Part shown: positions 49,432 through 58,002 of the stretch, one piece after another
Position numbering within the stretch: the first letter of the stretch is position 1
Layout of the letters: each line of letters begins with the position of its first letter
Assembly (NCBI GenBank): GCA_963769975.1
Contig: CAVYNS010000003.1
Location: 384,434 to 448,433 of the forward strand
Length of the DNA: 64,000 nt
Source: an uncultured Chloroflexia bacterium
GTDB lineage: Bacteria; Chloroflexota; Dehalococcoidia; GIF9; AB-539-J10
Direction of reading: 5' to 3'
Notes under the pieces: generated by a model
The model's database searches: none
Told to the model about the DNA's origin: nothing
What the model saw: the letters and a program-made list of their open reading frames with translations, nothing else
Translations under genes and position numbers: made by a program

Positions 49432-50517
49432 CTACAGGTCAAACTCTGTCCAGACCGCTCCGTGATCCGACGCTGATGCGGTGATGCCGTTGTCCTGCAC
49501 TTCCGGCCAAGCAATTACTTCCCCGTTGGAGTACTTTGCAACATCAAAAATACCTCTGCGTTCGACTCCGGCCTGTCTGCACGCATTCTGGAGCGGTTCC
49601 GAGACAAGAATGAAATCAAGCTGCTGATTCACATCGTAATGGTATGTCCATCTGTCCTCAGGTTTTGCGATTTTCAGCGCCAGTACATCTTTTAGCTCTC
49701 TCACATTCATCAGCGGCGATAGTGACTTGCTGTCAGGCGCCGCGTTGAAATCTCCGAGTACCACGACTTTGTCTCTCGTCAGGTCATGATTCCGCTCTCT
49801 AATAATGTCACCCACCCGTTGTGCTTGACGCAGTCTTTTGGCATCGTTTTGCTCCTGTGAGCCGTATCCTTGACTCTTGAAATGATTGACGAAAAGGTAC
49901 AGGAAATCGTTGTCTGGGAGCTTGATTGTGACTTCAAGACAGTCGCGAGAGAAAATGCGTGAACGTCCAACTTTCTCAAACATGTGGGTCCTGATATCGC
50001 ACATCTCGAAGCGAGAAAGGAGCGAGACATCAATTCCACGGGGATCAAATGCGTCAATCAGCATACTGTACGGATACCTCTTTCTAATGAATTGAGAATT
50101 GAATATATCAAGGGTGGGTTTGCTCTCTACCTCAATCACGCTGATGATGTCCGCGCTCACAGAGTTGATGACTTTCGCAGTGTTCTTTCTTGTGATTTCG
50201 GTGAAGTCGTCGGCTTTGAATGCGATGAAGCCACCCCAGTCATCCCTGCCTTTCGCTTTTACGCCGACGACGTTGAACTTCCGGTCACGCTTGAATAGTT
50301 TCTGGCGCACTTCATTTATGTCGATGAAATCCTTTAGTTCTTCATAGAGACCAAGAATCTTCTTGCCATCGTAGGCCTTCTTCTCCAACTCCACTTGTAG
50401 TTGGTCAACTTTGGCGAGTATTTCATCCCCATCTCTCCGCTCTTCAAAATTAAAGACTTTTGCGCGGCGAAATAAGTTCTCCGCATTGAACGTCGCAATC
50501 TTTAGAGTGTCACGCAT
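49432..50517 (-). CDS. endonuclease/exonuclease/phosphatase (EEP) family protein
   Basis: 361 aa; N-terminus KIATFNAENLF; motifs VLGDFNA and SDHGAVWTEF. Confidence 0.75.
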   Translation of the reverse strand: MRDTLKIATFNAENLFRRAKVFNFEERRDGDEILAKVDQLQVELEKKAYDGKKILGLYEELKDFIDINEVRQKLFKRDRKFNVVGVKAKGRDDWGGFIAFKADDFTEITRKNTAKVINSVSADIISVIEVESKPTLDIFNSQFIRKRYPYSMLIDAFDPRGIDVSLLSRFEMCDIRTHMFEKVGRSRIFSRDCLEVTIKLPDNDFLYLFVNHFKSQGYGSQEQNDAKRLRQAQRVGDIIRERNHDLTRDKVVVLGDFNAAPDSKSLSPLMNVRELKDVLALKIAKPEDRWTYHYDVNQQLDFILVSEPLQNACRQAGVERRGIFDVAKYSNGEVIAWPEVQDNGITASASDHGAVWTEFDL

Positions 50518-50636
50518 CTATTGTCCTCCAGTTGAGCTTACGCCGATTCAGTATACCATAGCGGCGTTAGACTTACCGAACCTGGTTCAAAACCGTGTAC
50601 TACAAGGCCCGGGGCACGAATCGCCCAAATGTTAAG

Positions 50637-51569
50637 CTAGATATTGTTCGCGTTTCCTTGGAATATTTGCTTTCTACAAATCAAGGTGACGTCTCGGACT
50701 AGGCCTAAAGTTCTGGGAATTCGCTCTATTATAGTTGGTATTGCCTGAACGATTCCGAGTCCTTGAGTATAATCTTGTGGCTCCAGAAAACCTCCTGGAT
50801 ATCGTGTATAACTCTCGTGAGGGAAGGTTAACACTCCAAAGATATAACACTGACCTGCTGCCTGACCAAATTTCACCGAGGAATAGGTAACAATTGATTC
50901 TTTGTACTCAGGTAGGTATTCTGCAAAAACGGTTTTGACTTCATTTTCCTTCTGCTCTAATAATGGATGTGTTGTGAAGAGTGCGTCAGCAACTCTGATC
51001 AGTCCCTCTATGCCGAGTACACGGGGGGACGAGTTCATGGGCAGCTTGGCTAGCCGCTGTTGATCACTGTTAACTAGTTTCTTCACTTGGGTGATGGCTG
51101 TCTTGTAGTCTCGGTTATCAAGTGAGTTCAGTATACTCATCATCTCGTTGCCGGGCTTTTCTTCAATGATCTTCAATAGAGGTTGTGGAGTTCGATGAGT
51201 TGTGAGCAGTTCCTTAATGGTTACATCACCAATCGATAAGCAGAAAGCTTTCATGGCCTTTTCAATTGCTTGCTGGATGTGATAAACGCTCAGAGCAAGT
51301 TCCCCATGTTGAAAGAGTAAATTTGCCGCCCTATGATCTGCTTCTCCAGCGCCTAGGTATTTATCAGCAATGTCCAAAGAAGACGAATCTCGCCTTATCA
51401 CGACATGCTTGAGGGCACGCTTTACGAGTACTTCTGTTCGGAGCGAGTCTATCTGGTTAGCTTTCGGCATCAACTTCTTGATACCCGGCTTAACCCTAAG
51501 CCATAGCGTCTCGATTAGTTCATTTCCATTTTCGTTTGCCATTTGGTCGCCCGGAATGAATAACATCAT
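50637..51569 (-). CDS. hypothetical protein (310 aa)
   Basis: ORF only; follows the EEP gene on the same strand. Confidence 0.45.
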   Translation of the reverse strand: MMLFIPGDQMANENGNELIETLWLRVKPGIKKLMPKANQIDSLRTEVLVKRALKHVVIRRDSSSLDIADKYLGAGEADHRAANLLFQHGELALSVYHIQQAIEKAMKAFCLSIGDVTIKELLTTHRTPQPLLKIIEEKPGNEMMSILNSLDNRDYKTAITQVKKLVNSDQQRLAKLPMNSSPRVLGIEGLIRVADALFTTHPLLEQKENEVKTVFAEYLPEYKESIVTYSSVKFGQAAGQCYIFGVLTFPHESYTRYPGGFLEPQDYTQGLGIVQAIPTIIERIPRTLGLVRDVTLICRKQIFQGNANNI

Positions 51570-51776
51570 TCAGCCATTCAAATTCTACCACGATTCGCAT
51601 ATGGGAAGCGTGCTAACTTCGGTTATGAGGATAAACAAACCGCTAGATTGTATAGCCAATGTGACTAATCAACGAAATCAAGATTTGAACCTTAAGCGCT
51701 CCCTCTCAAAACTAGCTTGTCTAGGGACTTGCTGTATTAGCGAGAGTGCTCCGCAGCAAGCTGCGGGGAGGTTCAC

Positions 51777-54470
51777 TTAGAGATCGCGAATTATCTCGAT
51801 TGCAGGCTTTTGAGCAGCGCGAATCATCACAACACCGGCGCCTGATACTGCCGCTATCACTATACCTAGCACCAGAGCTAGGTATGTCCAGGGCACAAAA
51901 AGGTGCTCCGGCGGCGGATCGAACACACCGCTCATTATTCTGACCATGACTAGGGATAGTGACCATCCGGCAAGTGCACCGAGGACTATGCCACCGACGG
52001 TCAGGAAGAACGCCTCGCTCCATACAAAGGAGGACAACTGTTTGGCGTTTGCCCCAAGGGAGGCTGATATAGCGAATATCCTGCGGCGCTCGGCCAAGCC
52101 AAGAAGGAAGACGAGGCCCGAAGCCCCCGCAGCCAGAATCAATGCAAACAGCAGTTCGAGTTTCGTGAGGCCGGATAGATCAACCGCCGTCAAGCTAGAG
52201 AGTGTGACATGCAATTGGGTTTCGACATCCTGAACAGTCGCTCCCGATGCTGGGCCGAGTAGGTCGCGGATGCGACCGGCTACAACCTGTGGGGAGCCGC
52301 TGGTCTTCACAAGCAGGGTTTCGTAGGCTGACGAACCGGTTTCTTGAGCGATGTACGATGCATTAGCGATGAGAAAGGAATCTCGGGGCGCTGTAGGGAA
52401 TTCGCGTACTATCCCCACGTAATGGAAGTCCACCAGATGGTAAGCGTGGTCGCTGGCAAACTGAAGCCGGATGCGGATTAAGTCACCAGGCTGAAGCTGG
52501 AAATCATTGACGGTCTCTGCCGATACTAGGATGCCATCGGGTCTTGAGGCCAGTTTGCTGAGCATCTCATTCGCGCTTCCGCCTGAGAAGAAAGCGTTGG
52601 ACATCGGGGTTGCCTTGCGGATTAGCTCGGGGTCTATGCCGTAGAGGTCCTGGAGGTCTCTACCCACATATGCGAATCGGTGCTGCATAGGCTCTGCGTC
52701 GATTACACCCGTAATATTCTCTACAGATTGGGCCAACCCCTCCGGAAATCCGCTTGAAGCAGTCGTTGAAACCGTTACATCAGCACCATTGGTGAGTTGA
52801 GCGTCTACCCGGGCCTGATGCGAGTAGGTGGTGTTAAATACCGCAACCGTCACGGCAAATGAGAAGGCCAGCGCGAGGATGACAAGCCCCCTTGATAGCA
52901 GACTTCGTTGCCTTGACATCGATGCCGTTACCACCCCTGACAATCGTTGGGCGATCAGGGTTAGAGCTCGACGTAAGAATGGTTTTCCACGTGCCAGCGT
53001 AAGGTTGGAAAGTCGCCAGATCAGCAAGGCGAAACCAACCCACAGCATGAGGGGGGCCAGTAAAGTTAGGTAATTAATAGAAATGGTCGGGATGCCTTCC
53101 GGCGCGAGGATGACCTGGTAGGCATTTCGCATTGATTGCCAGAATATGATCCCACCGCCGGCAAGCAAAATGATGTCAAGATAAATGAGCGACCACAGTG
53201 GCGGGCGGGGATTCGTTATAGTTAACTGTGCCGCTCTAACGGTGAGACTTCTAGCATCGCGCCACGCTGGTAGAAGGATTGTCATAAAAGAAATGGCGAA
53301 CCCCAAAACCACGGCGGCGATAACCCAAGACACCGCCTGTATTGGCGTTGCTCCGAACCGCGAGGTACCGAACGCAATATGACCTGCGAGCACTGCTCCT
53401 CCGAGGCCCAATACTATTCCTATGGTTCCAACCAGCGCAGCTTCTGCTGCAGCAAGCCTTAGAACCTGCCGGGGCGATGCTCCGCGGATTATGAGAAGCG
53501 CCTGTTCCCGCCGCCGCCTGTCGCCGCCACTCATAGCGATGACGTACACCAACAATGCGGCAAGGACGACGCAGGGAAGGCCGAGAAACAGGAATAATAT
53601 CTGTGCGTAGGTGGCATCAGAACGTGCCCCATCCAGTTGAGCACCGAGATTATTACCCACAATACCGGCGCCTCCAAGTTCTGCTTCAAGACTATGTGCC
53701 CGGTGGATAACTTCGCTAAAGGCTGCCGTGGGATCCGCAGGAAGATCGCTCGCAAGCTTCACGTGAACCTGCATGTGAACGGAATTGGGATTACTCTTTG
53801 CTAACTCGTCAAACATCTGATGCCAGGTTGAGAGGGGCATGAGGACAACATTGTCAGGTGGTGCGGTGGGGTTGGCCCCGGGCACGCCACCGATGCTTTG
53901 GAACAGAGAATCGGCTGCCGGCAGATCGACGATTCCCTGCACTAGAAGCTCCGTTTGTGTCCCACCAGGTAGACCAACCGTCATGGTATCTCCCACCGTT
54001 GCTTGAAGATTTGCCGCGGTCTGTTGCGCCAACAATATGCCTTGGGTAGATCCGACCAGGAACCGGACCTCTCCGAGGAATGACGACGCATACCCGTCAG
54101 GGATCCCAAGGGCCTTGCCCTGTCCTGTTGTCTGAACGGTCCCACCTGCGGAAGTCCGTAGATAAACAACATCAGCGTAGCCCACAGGTTGGGCCTCTAC
54201 GACCCCCTTGGTCTGCTTGATAGTTTGAATGGACTGTATCAAGTCTGCATCCTGCGAGAGCTGAACCTGCCAGTCGACCGGGACCCCAGCGGTGGCTTCT
54301 TTGGTCATGTGGGCCCTGCTGGATACAAAGAACATGCCTAGCGAGGCAATCAGGCTCACTGCGAGACCGACACAAAGAACCATGCCGATCAAACGCGCTC
54401 TTCTTCTTTGTATTAACCCGCTGATCCAAGTCAGACTGAGCAAATGATCACCCCATCTGTAAATGCCCAT
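51777..54470 (-). CDS. ABC transporter permease, FtsX/MacB-like, duplicated (10 TM)
   Basis: 897 aa; two FtsX-type four-helix modules separated by large extracytoplasmic domains. Confidence 0.8.
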   Translation of the reverse strand: MGIYRWGDHLLSLTWISGLIQRRRARLIGMVLCVGLAVSLIASLGMFFVSSRAHMTKEATAGVPVDWQVQLSQDADLIQSIQTIKQTKGVVEAQPVGYADVVYLRTSAGGTVQTTGQGKALGIPDGYASSFLGEVRFLVGSTQGILLAQQTAANLQATVGDTMTVGLPGGTQTELLVQGIVDLPAADSLFQSIGGVPGANPTAPPDNVVLMPLSTWHQMFDELAKSNPNSVHMQVHVKLASDLPADPTAAFSEVIHRAHSLEAELGGAGIVGNNLGAQLDGARSDATYAQILFLFLGLPCVVLAALLVYVIAMSGGDRRRREQALLIIRGASPRQVLRLAAAEAALVGTIGIVLGLGGAVLAGHIAFGTSRFGATPIQAVSWVIAAVVLGFAISFMTILLPAWRDARSLTVRAAQLTITNPRPPLWSLIYLDIILLAGGGIIFWQSMRNAYQVILAPEGIPTISINYLTLLAPLMLWVGFALLIWRLSNLTLARGKPFLRRALTLIAQRLSGVVTASMSRQRSLLSRGLVILALAFSFAVTVAVFNTTYSHQARVDAQLTNGADVTVSTTASSGFPEGLAQSVENITGVIDAEPMQHRFAYVGRDLQDLYGIDPELIRKATPMSNAFFSGGSANEMLSKLASRPDGILVSAETVNDFQLQPGDLIRIRLQFASDHAYHLVDFHYVGIVREFPTAPRDSFLIANASYIAQETGSSAYETLLVKTSGSPQVVAGRIRDLLGPASGATVQDVETQLHVTLSSLTAVDLSGLTKLELLFALILAAGASGLVFLLGLAERRRIFAISASLGANAKQLSSFVWSEAFFLTVGGIVLGALAGWSLSLVMVRIMSGVFDPPPEHLFVPWTYLALVLGIVIAAVSGAGVVMIRAAQKPAIEIIRDL

Positions 54471-55122
54471 GCTCTATCGACCATTGGGTAGGGAGGAAGT
54501 CGGCCACGACTCTGTCATGCGTTGCAACCACCAGGGTAGCACCGATCTCTTCAACGAAATCTAGAAGAGAGTCCATCAGATACCGGGAGCCCTCACTGTC
54601 TTGTTGCCCAGTCGGCTCATCGGCCAGCAACAGCGCGGGACGTGTAACTAATGCCCGGGCGATACCTGCTCTCTGTGATTGGCCCCCCGAAATCTCCTCA
54701 GGCAAGCTGTAGCCAACGTCTGCAAGTGACATGCGTTCCAGCATTTCCCAAGCAGCCTTCAGCGCTTCGGGTTCGGGATCACCGGCTATAAGAAGAGGCA
54801 AAGCCACGTTTTCGGCGACGGTCAGGGGCGGAATGAGGCTGTGCCCCTGGAATGCCATTGCCACTAGCCTAGGCCTCAGCCGCTCTTTTGCTCCTAGAGC
54901 AGGCCACTGGATCATGCCGTTTGTGGGCGAATCAAGCCCCGCGACCAAGTGGAGCAACGTCGTCTTCCCGCTTCCCGACGAGCCGACCAACGCTATGCGC
55001 GAATGGGCAGAGATCTGAAAAGTAGCGCCCTCCAGCGCGATAACGGCGCGCTCACCTGTACCGTAGATTTTCCCGATGTTATCCGCTCTAACCAGTGGGT
55101 CATGCATCGGTGATCCTGCCAT
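54448..55122 (-). CDS. ABC transporter ATP-binding protein
   Basis: 224 aa; Walker A GSSGSGKTT, ABC signature LSGGQSQR, Walker B LLLADEPT. Confidence 0.85.
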   Translation of the reverse strand: MAGSPMHDPLVRADNIGKIYGTGERAVIALEGATFQISAHSRIALVGSSGSGKTTLLHLVAGLDSPTNGMIQWPALGAKERLRPRLVAMAFQGHSLIPPLTVAENVALPLLIAGDPEPEALKAAWEMLERMSLADVGYSLPEEISGGQSQRAGIARALVTRPALLLADEPTGQQDSEGSRYLMDSLLDFVEEIGATLVVATHDRVVADFLPTQWSIEHGHLQMG

Positions 55123-55789
55123 CTGAGAGTCGAATCAGGCGGTTGGCCTCTCTGGCCACGCGCTCGCTGTGCGTGACCACAACAACAGTACCCCCGGCCT
55201 CGGCCCTGTCCCTCATGATTTTCAAGATTGCTGCCTCGTTCTTGGCATCAACCTCGCCGGTCGGCTCATCGGCAAGGAGGATAGGTGGGTTGTTTGCAAG
55301 AGCTACGGCTAGACCGGCACGTGCTGCCTCTCCTCCGGAGAGTGTTGATGGCCAGGCGTTAGCCCGGGCCTCTAAACCTACAGCGGCCAAAATGGTACCG
55401 GCATCTGGATGCTCTCCCTTGACCAAATACTGAGCAACTTTAATATTCTGTGCGACCGTCAGGTGTTCCAATAGATTTCCTGACTGCAAGAGCACCCCCA
55501 TCCACTTGGCTCGCAGCTCAGTTCGCGCTGTTTCCGGTCGTCTGGTGATTCGGTCCCCAGCAATATCAACATGACCTCCGTTAGGTTCGTCGAGGCCAGC
55601 GATGCAGGCAAGCAGAGTAGATTTTCCACTTCCGGAGGGGCCTACAACCGCCACCATTTCGCCAGCGTGGACCGATAGGGATACACCACGCAGTGCAAAA
55701 GTCTCATCGTCCCCGTTATGGTAAAACCGGTATAGTTCTGAGACACGGATGAGGAGCTCGCCTGAGCAAAGGCTACCCGTTAGAGCCAT
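55100..55789 (-). CDS. ABC transporter ATP-binding protein (second ATPase)
   Basis: 229 aa; Walker A GPSGSGKST, signature LSGGEAAR, Walker B LLADEPT. Confidence 0.85.
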   Translation of the reverse strand: MALTGSLCSGELLIRVSELYRFYHNGDDETFALRGVSLSVHAGEMVAVVGPSGSGKSTLLACIAGLDEPNGGHVDIAGDRITRRPETARTELRAKWMGVLLQSGNLLEHLTVAQNIKVAQYLVKGEHPDAGTILAAVGLEARANAWPSTLSGGEAARAGLAVALANNPPILLADEPTGEVDAKNEAAILKIMRDRAEAGGTVVVVTHSERVAREANRLIRLSDGRITDA

Positions 55790-56352
55790 TTGAAGCTCTC
55801 CGAAATAATTTTCCAGGGATCCACATTATCTGCGCCCACCGGAGACGCAAGCATCAGATTCACCTGGAGACCGTTTCGATAAAACTCGTAAAGGAGCACA
55901 TCCATCCTGTACTTCTTTCCAGTGACCTGGTTTGGTGCGCTGTCCTTCTGGTATTTGATAAGTATCGCCGTACCTCCGGGCAAGGTGACCTGCTTGGTTT
56001 CGACAAGCTGGAATGCAGGCTCGGTGCTTGCTAGCTCCGGCACATCGACCGAGTTTGCCCGCTCGACAGTCGGCTCTGGAGCATCAGGAACCCACCTGAT
56101 GGATACTATGTTCAGCTTGTCGGTGAATTCAGTACTTGACTCAGAGGTCGACTGCGCCCATCCCTCCGGTACCTTGACCTCAAAACTCCCGCTGGTCGGC
56201 TTGTACATCACGAAGACCTGGTTGTCTGGAATATCACCAGAAGGATTAACCCCCTCGTTGCTTGCGGATTTTCCGTGTGCTAAAGCCAACAATACCGACC
56301 CGGTTGCTATTAATACTATTAATATCAGATAGACCAACCTTTTTTTCTTCAT
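55780..56352 (-). CDS. secreted/lipoprotein component of the ABC system
   Basis: 190 aa; signal peptide MKKKRLVYLILIVLIATGSVLLALAHG. Confidence 0.5.
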   Translation of the reverse strand: MKKKRLVYLILIVLIATGSVLLALAHGKSASNEGVNPSGDIPDNQVFVMYKPTSGSFEVKVPEGWAQSTSESSTEFTDKLNIVSIRWVPDAPEPTVERANSVDVPELASTEPAFQLVETKQVTLPGGTAILIKYQKDSAPNQVTGKKYRMDVLLYEFYRNGLQVNLMLASPVGADNVDPWKIISESFKWL

Positions 56353-56584
56353 CTAAACCTCCTTCGTTTGGCCACACGACCTCGCCATGGTTCTTATTCG
56401 AGAATCGTACTTGTCATTTAACCGACATTTCTCATATGACATCCCTGCCTGCAACATTATGCCACCTCACAGGCTGACCCCTAATGCCAGAATCGATGCC
56501 CCTATGTTCTTTTTGGGGAACATTTTGGTCAATTATATTACATCAAGATGAATAGGGGATGAAATAGCTAAATCGTATTCTTTA

Positions 56585-56760
56585 ATTTGCCGTTCACTCC
56601 CGGTTCATGTTGCTGTGTTTACATGGTCACAATAACACTCAGTTTTTGTCTTCAGGGTGTGTGTCTGACTACGCTGTTAATACCTTTTGTTGCTTTGTGG
56701 TTACAGGTATCAAGTCAAAGCAAGAAGTCACAAAACGCTAAAAAGTGCAATCAGATATAA
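56585..56760. repeat. mosaic intergenic repeat family, copy D (rearranged)
   Basis: tttgccgttcac ... ggtcacaataacactcagtttttgtcttcagggtgtgtgtctgac ... gtcacaaaacgctaaaaagtgcaatc. Confidence 0.55.
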
Positions 56761-56910
56761 CTAGGTGATCGCATAGTTGGTACTAAGTTGACTTGCGGAG
56801 AGGATGAGGTTTGGTGCTTAGAGACTGAGCGACAAATTGTCGAGTCCCACCATCTCGGTAACCATCCTTGTTTCACCCTGCCTCAGACATGAAGTAAAAT
56901 AGAGTATGTT

Positions 56911-57980
56911 GTGAGAATTCTCGATCAGGAGGGAAATACCGTGACGGATAGGAAAACAGACAACTTAGAGGATACACTTAGAATGGTACAGGAGGTCTTG
57001 ACAGCTAACAGAAAAGACCTCCGCTCACTGCTCTACAAAGACATTATCCTGAATTCGCTGAAGTGCAAACGAGATGAGCTTGATATTCTTGATCTCAAGG
57101 TCATCAATCGGGCAGTGGCCGAGTTCCGACATGCCGCGTGTGTCTTCAAACCGTACAGGATGGTTCGTAAAGTGTCCATGTTTGGTTCCGCTCGAGTAAC
57201 CAGGCACAGCCCCGACTATGAGCTAGCGCGCAGACTCGGCCGTTTGCTAGTTGAAAAAGGGTTCATGGTAATCACTGGAGCTGCAGAAGGTATCATGAGG
57301 GCGGAATTGAAGGTGCCGGCGCTGAAAACAGTTTTGGAGCTAACATCCTGCTCCCAATTGAAAGGGGGCCTACCAGTATAATTCGAGATGATCCAAAGGT
57401 GGTTCGGTTTAAATATTTTTTCACGCGCAAAATATTCTTTGTAATGGAAGCTGATGCTATTGCGCTATTCCCTGGGGGCTTTGGCACGCATGATGAAGGA
57501 TTTGAAGTGTTAACGTTGCTACAGACAGGTAAAGCACCGCCAATGCCTGTAGTGCTTATGGAATTGCCAGGGGAACAGTACTGGGAAACTTGGGATCAAT
57601 TTATAAGGCAGCAGTTGCTAACCCGGCGCTTTATCTCCCCGGAGGACCTTTCCCTTTACAAGATCATCCATTCTCCCGAGGAGGCGGTAGAATGGATTAG
57701 GTCATACTACGCAACCTACCATTCAACACGCCAAGTACGAGACCAGCTTGTCATCAGGCTAGAGAAAGAGCTTCTGGGCAGTCATATTAGGAAACTAAAC
57801 GAGTCTTTTCAGGACCTCGTTGAGTCTGGGGAAATTGCCAAAACACCCGCTCTAAAAGAGGAAGAAGACGAACCGAACCTCTCATTAAAACCCAGAATTG
57901 CTTTTGCGTACAACAAAAAAAGTGCTGGGCGCCTTAATCAGATGATATTAATGATAAACCAACTGGGCCAAACAATTTGA
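56911..57980 (+). pseudogene. LOG-family (TIGR00730-type) Rossmann nucleotide-binding protein, split by a 1-nt frameshift
   Basis: ORF1 (56911-57381) carries FGSARV ... VITGAAEGIM. The other frame, open from 57255 (track ORF 57399-57980), continues GGIEGAGAENSFGANILLP ... ADAIALFPGGFGT. The frames switch near 57295-57300. Confidence 0.6.
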
Positions 57981-58002
57981 GTGTTTGTGCAATCAGCAAC
58001 AA

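Noticed and set aside
51750-51770. CCGCAGCAAGCTGCGG hairpin as a terminator of the ABC operon
   Set aside because: No U-rich tail follows on the minus strand. It is mentioned only as a palindrome.
56800-56880. tRNA-like 3' fragment (…TCGAGTCCCACCATCTCGGTAACCA…) as a possible att site
   Set aside because: No complementary T-stem or acceptor-stem partner can be formed. I could not fold a cloverleaf, so it is not a tRNA.
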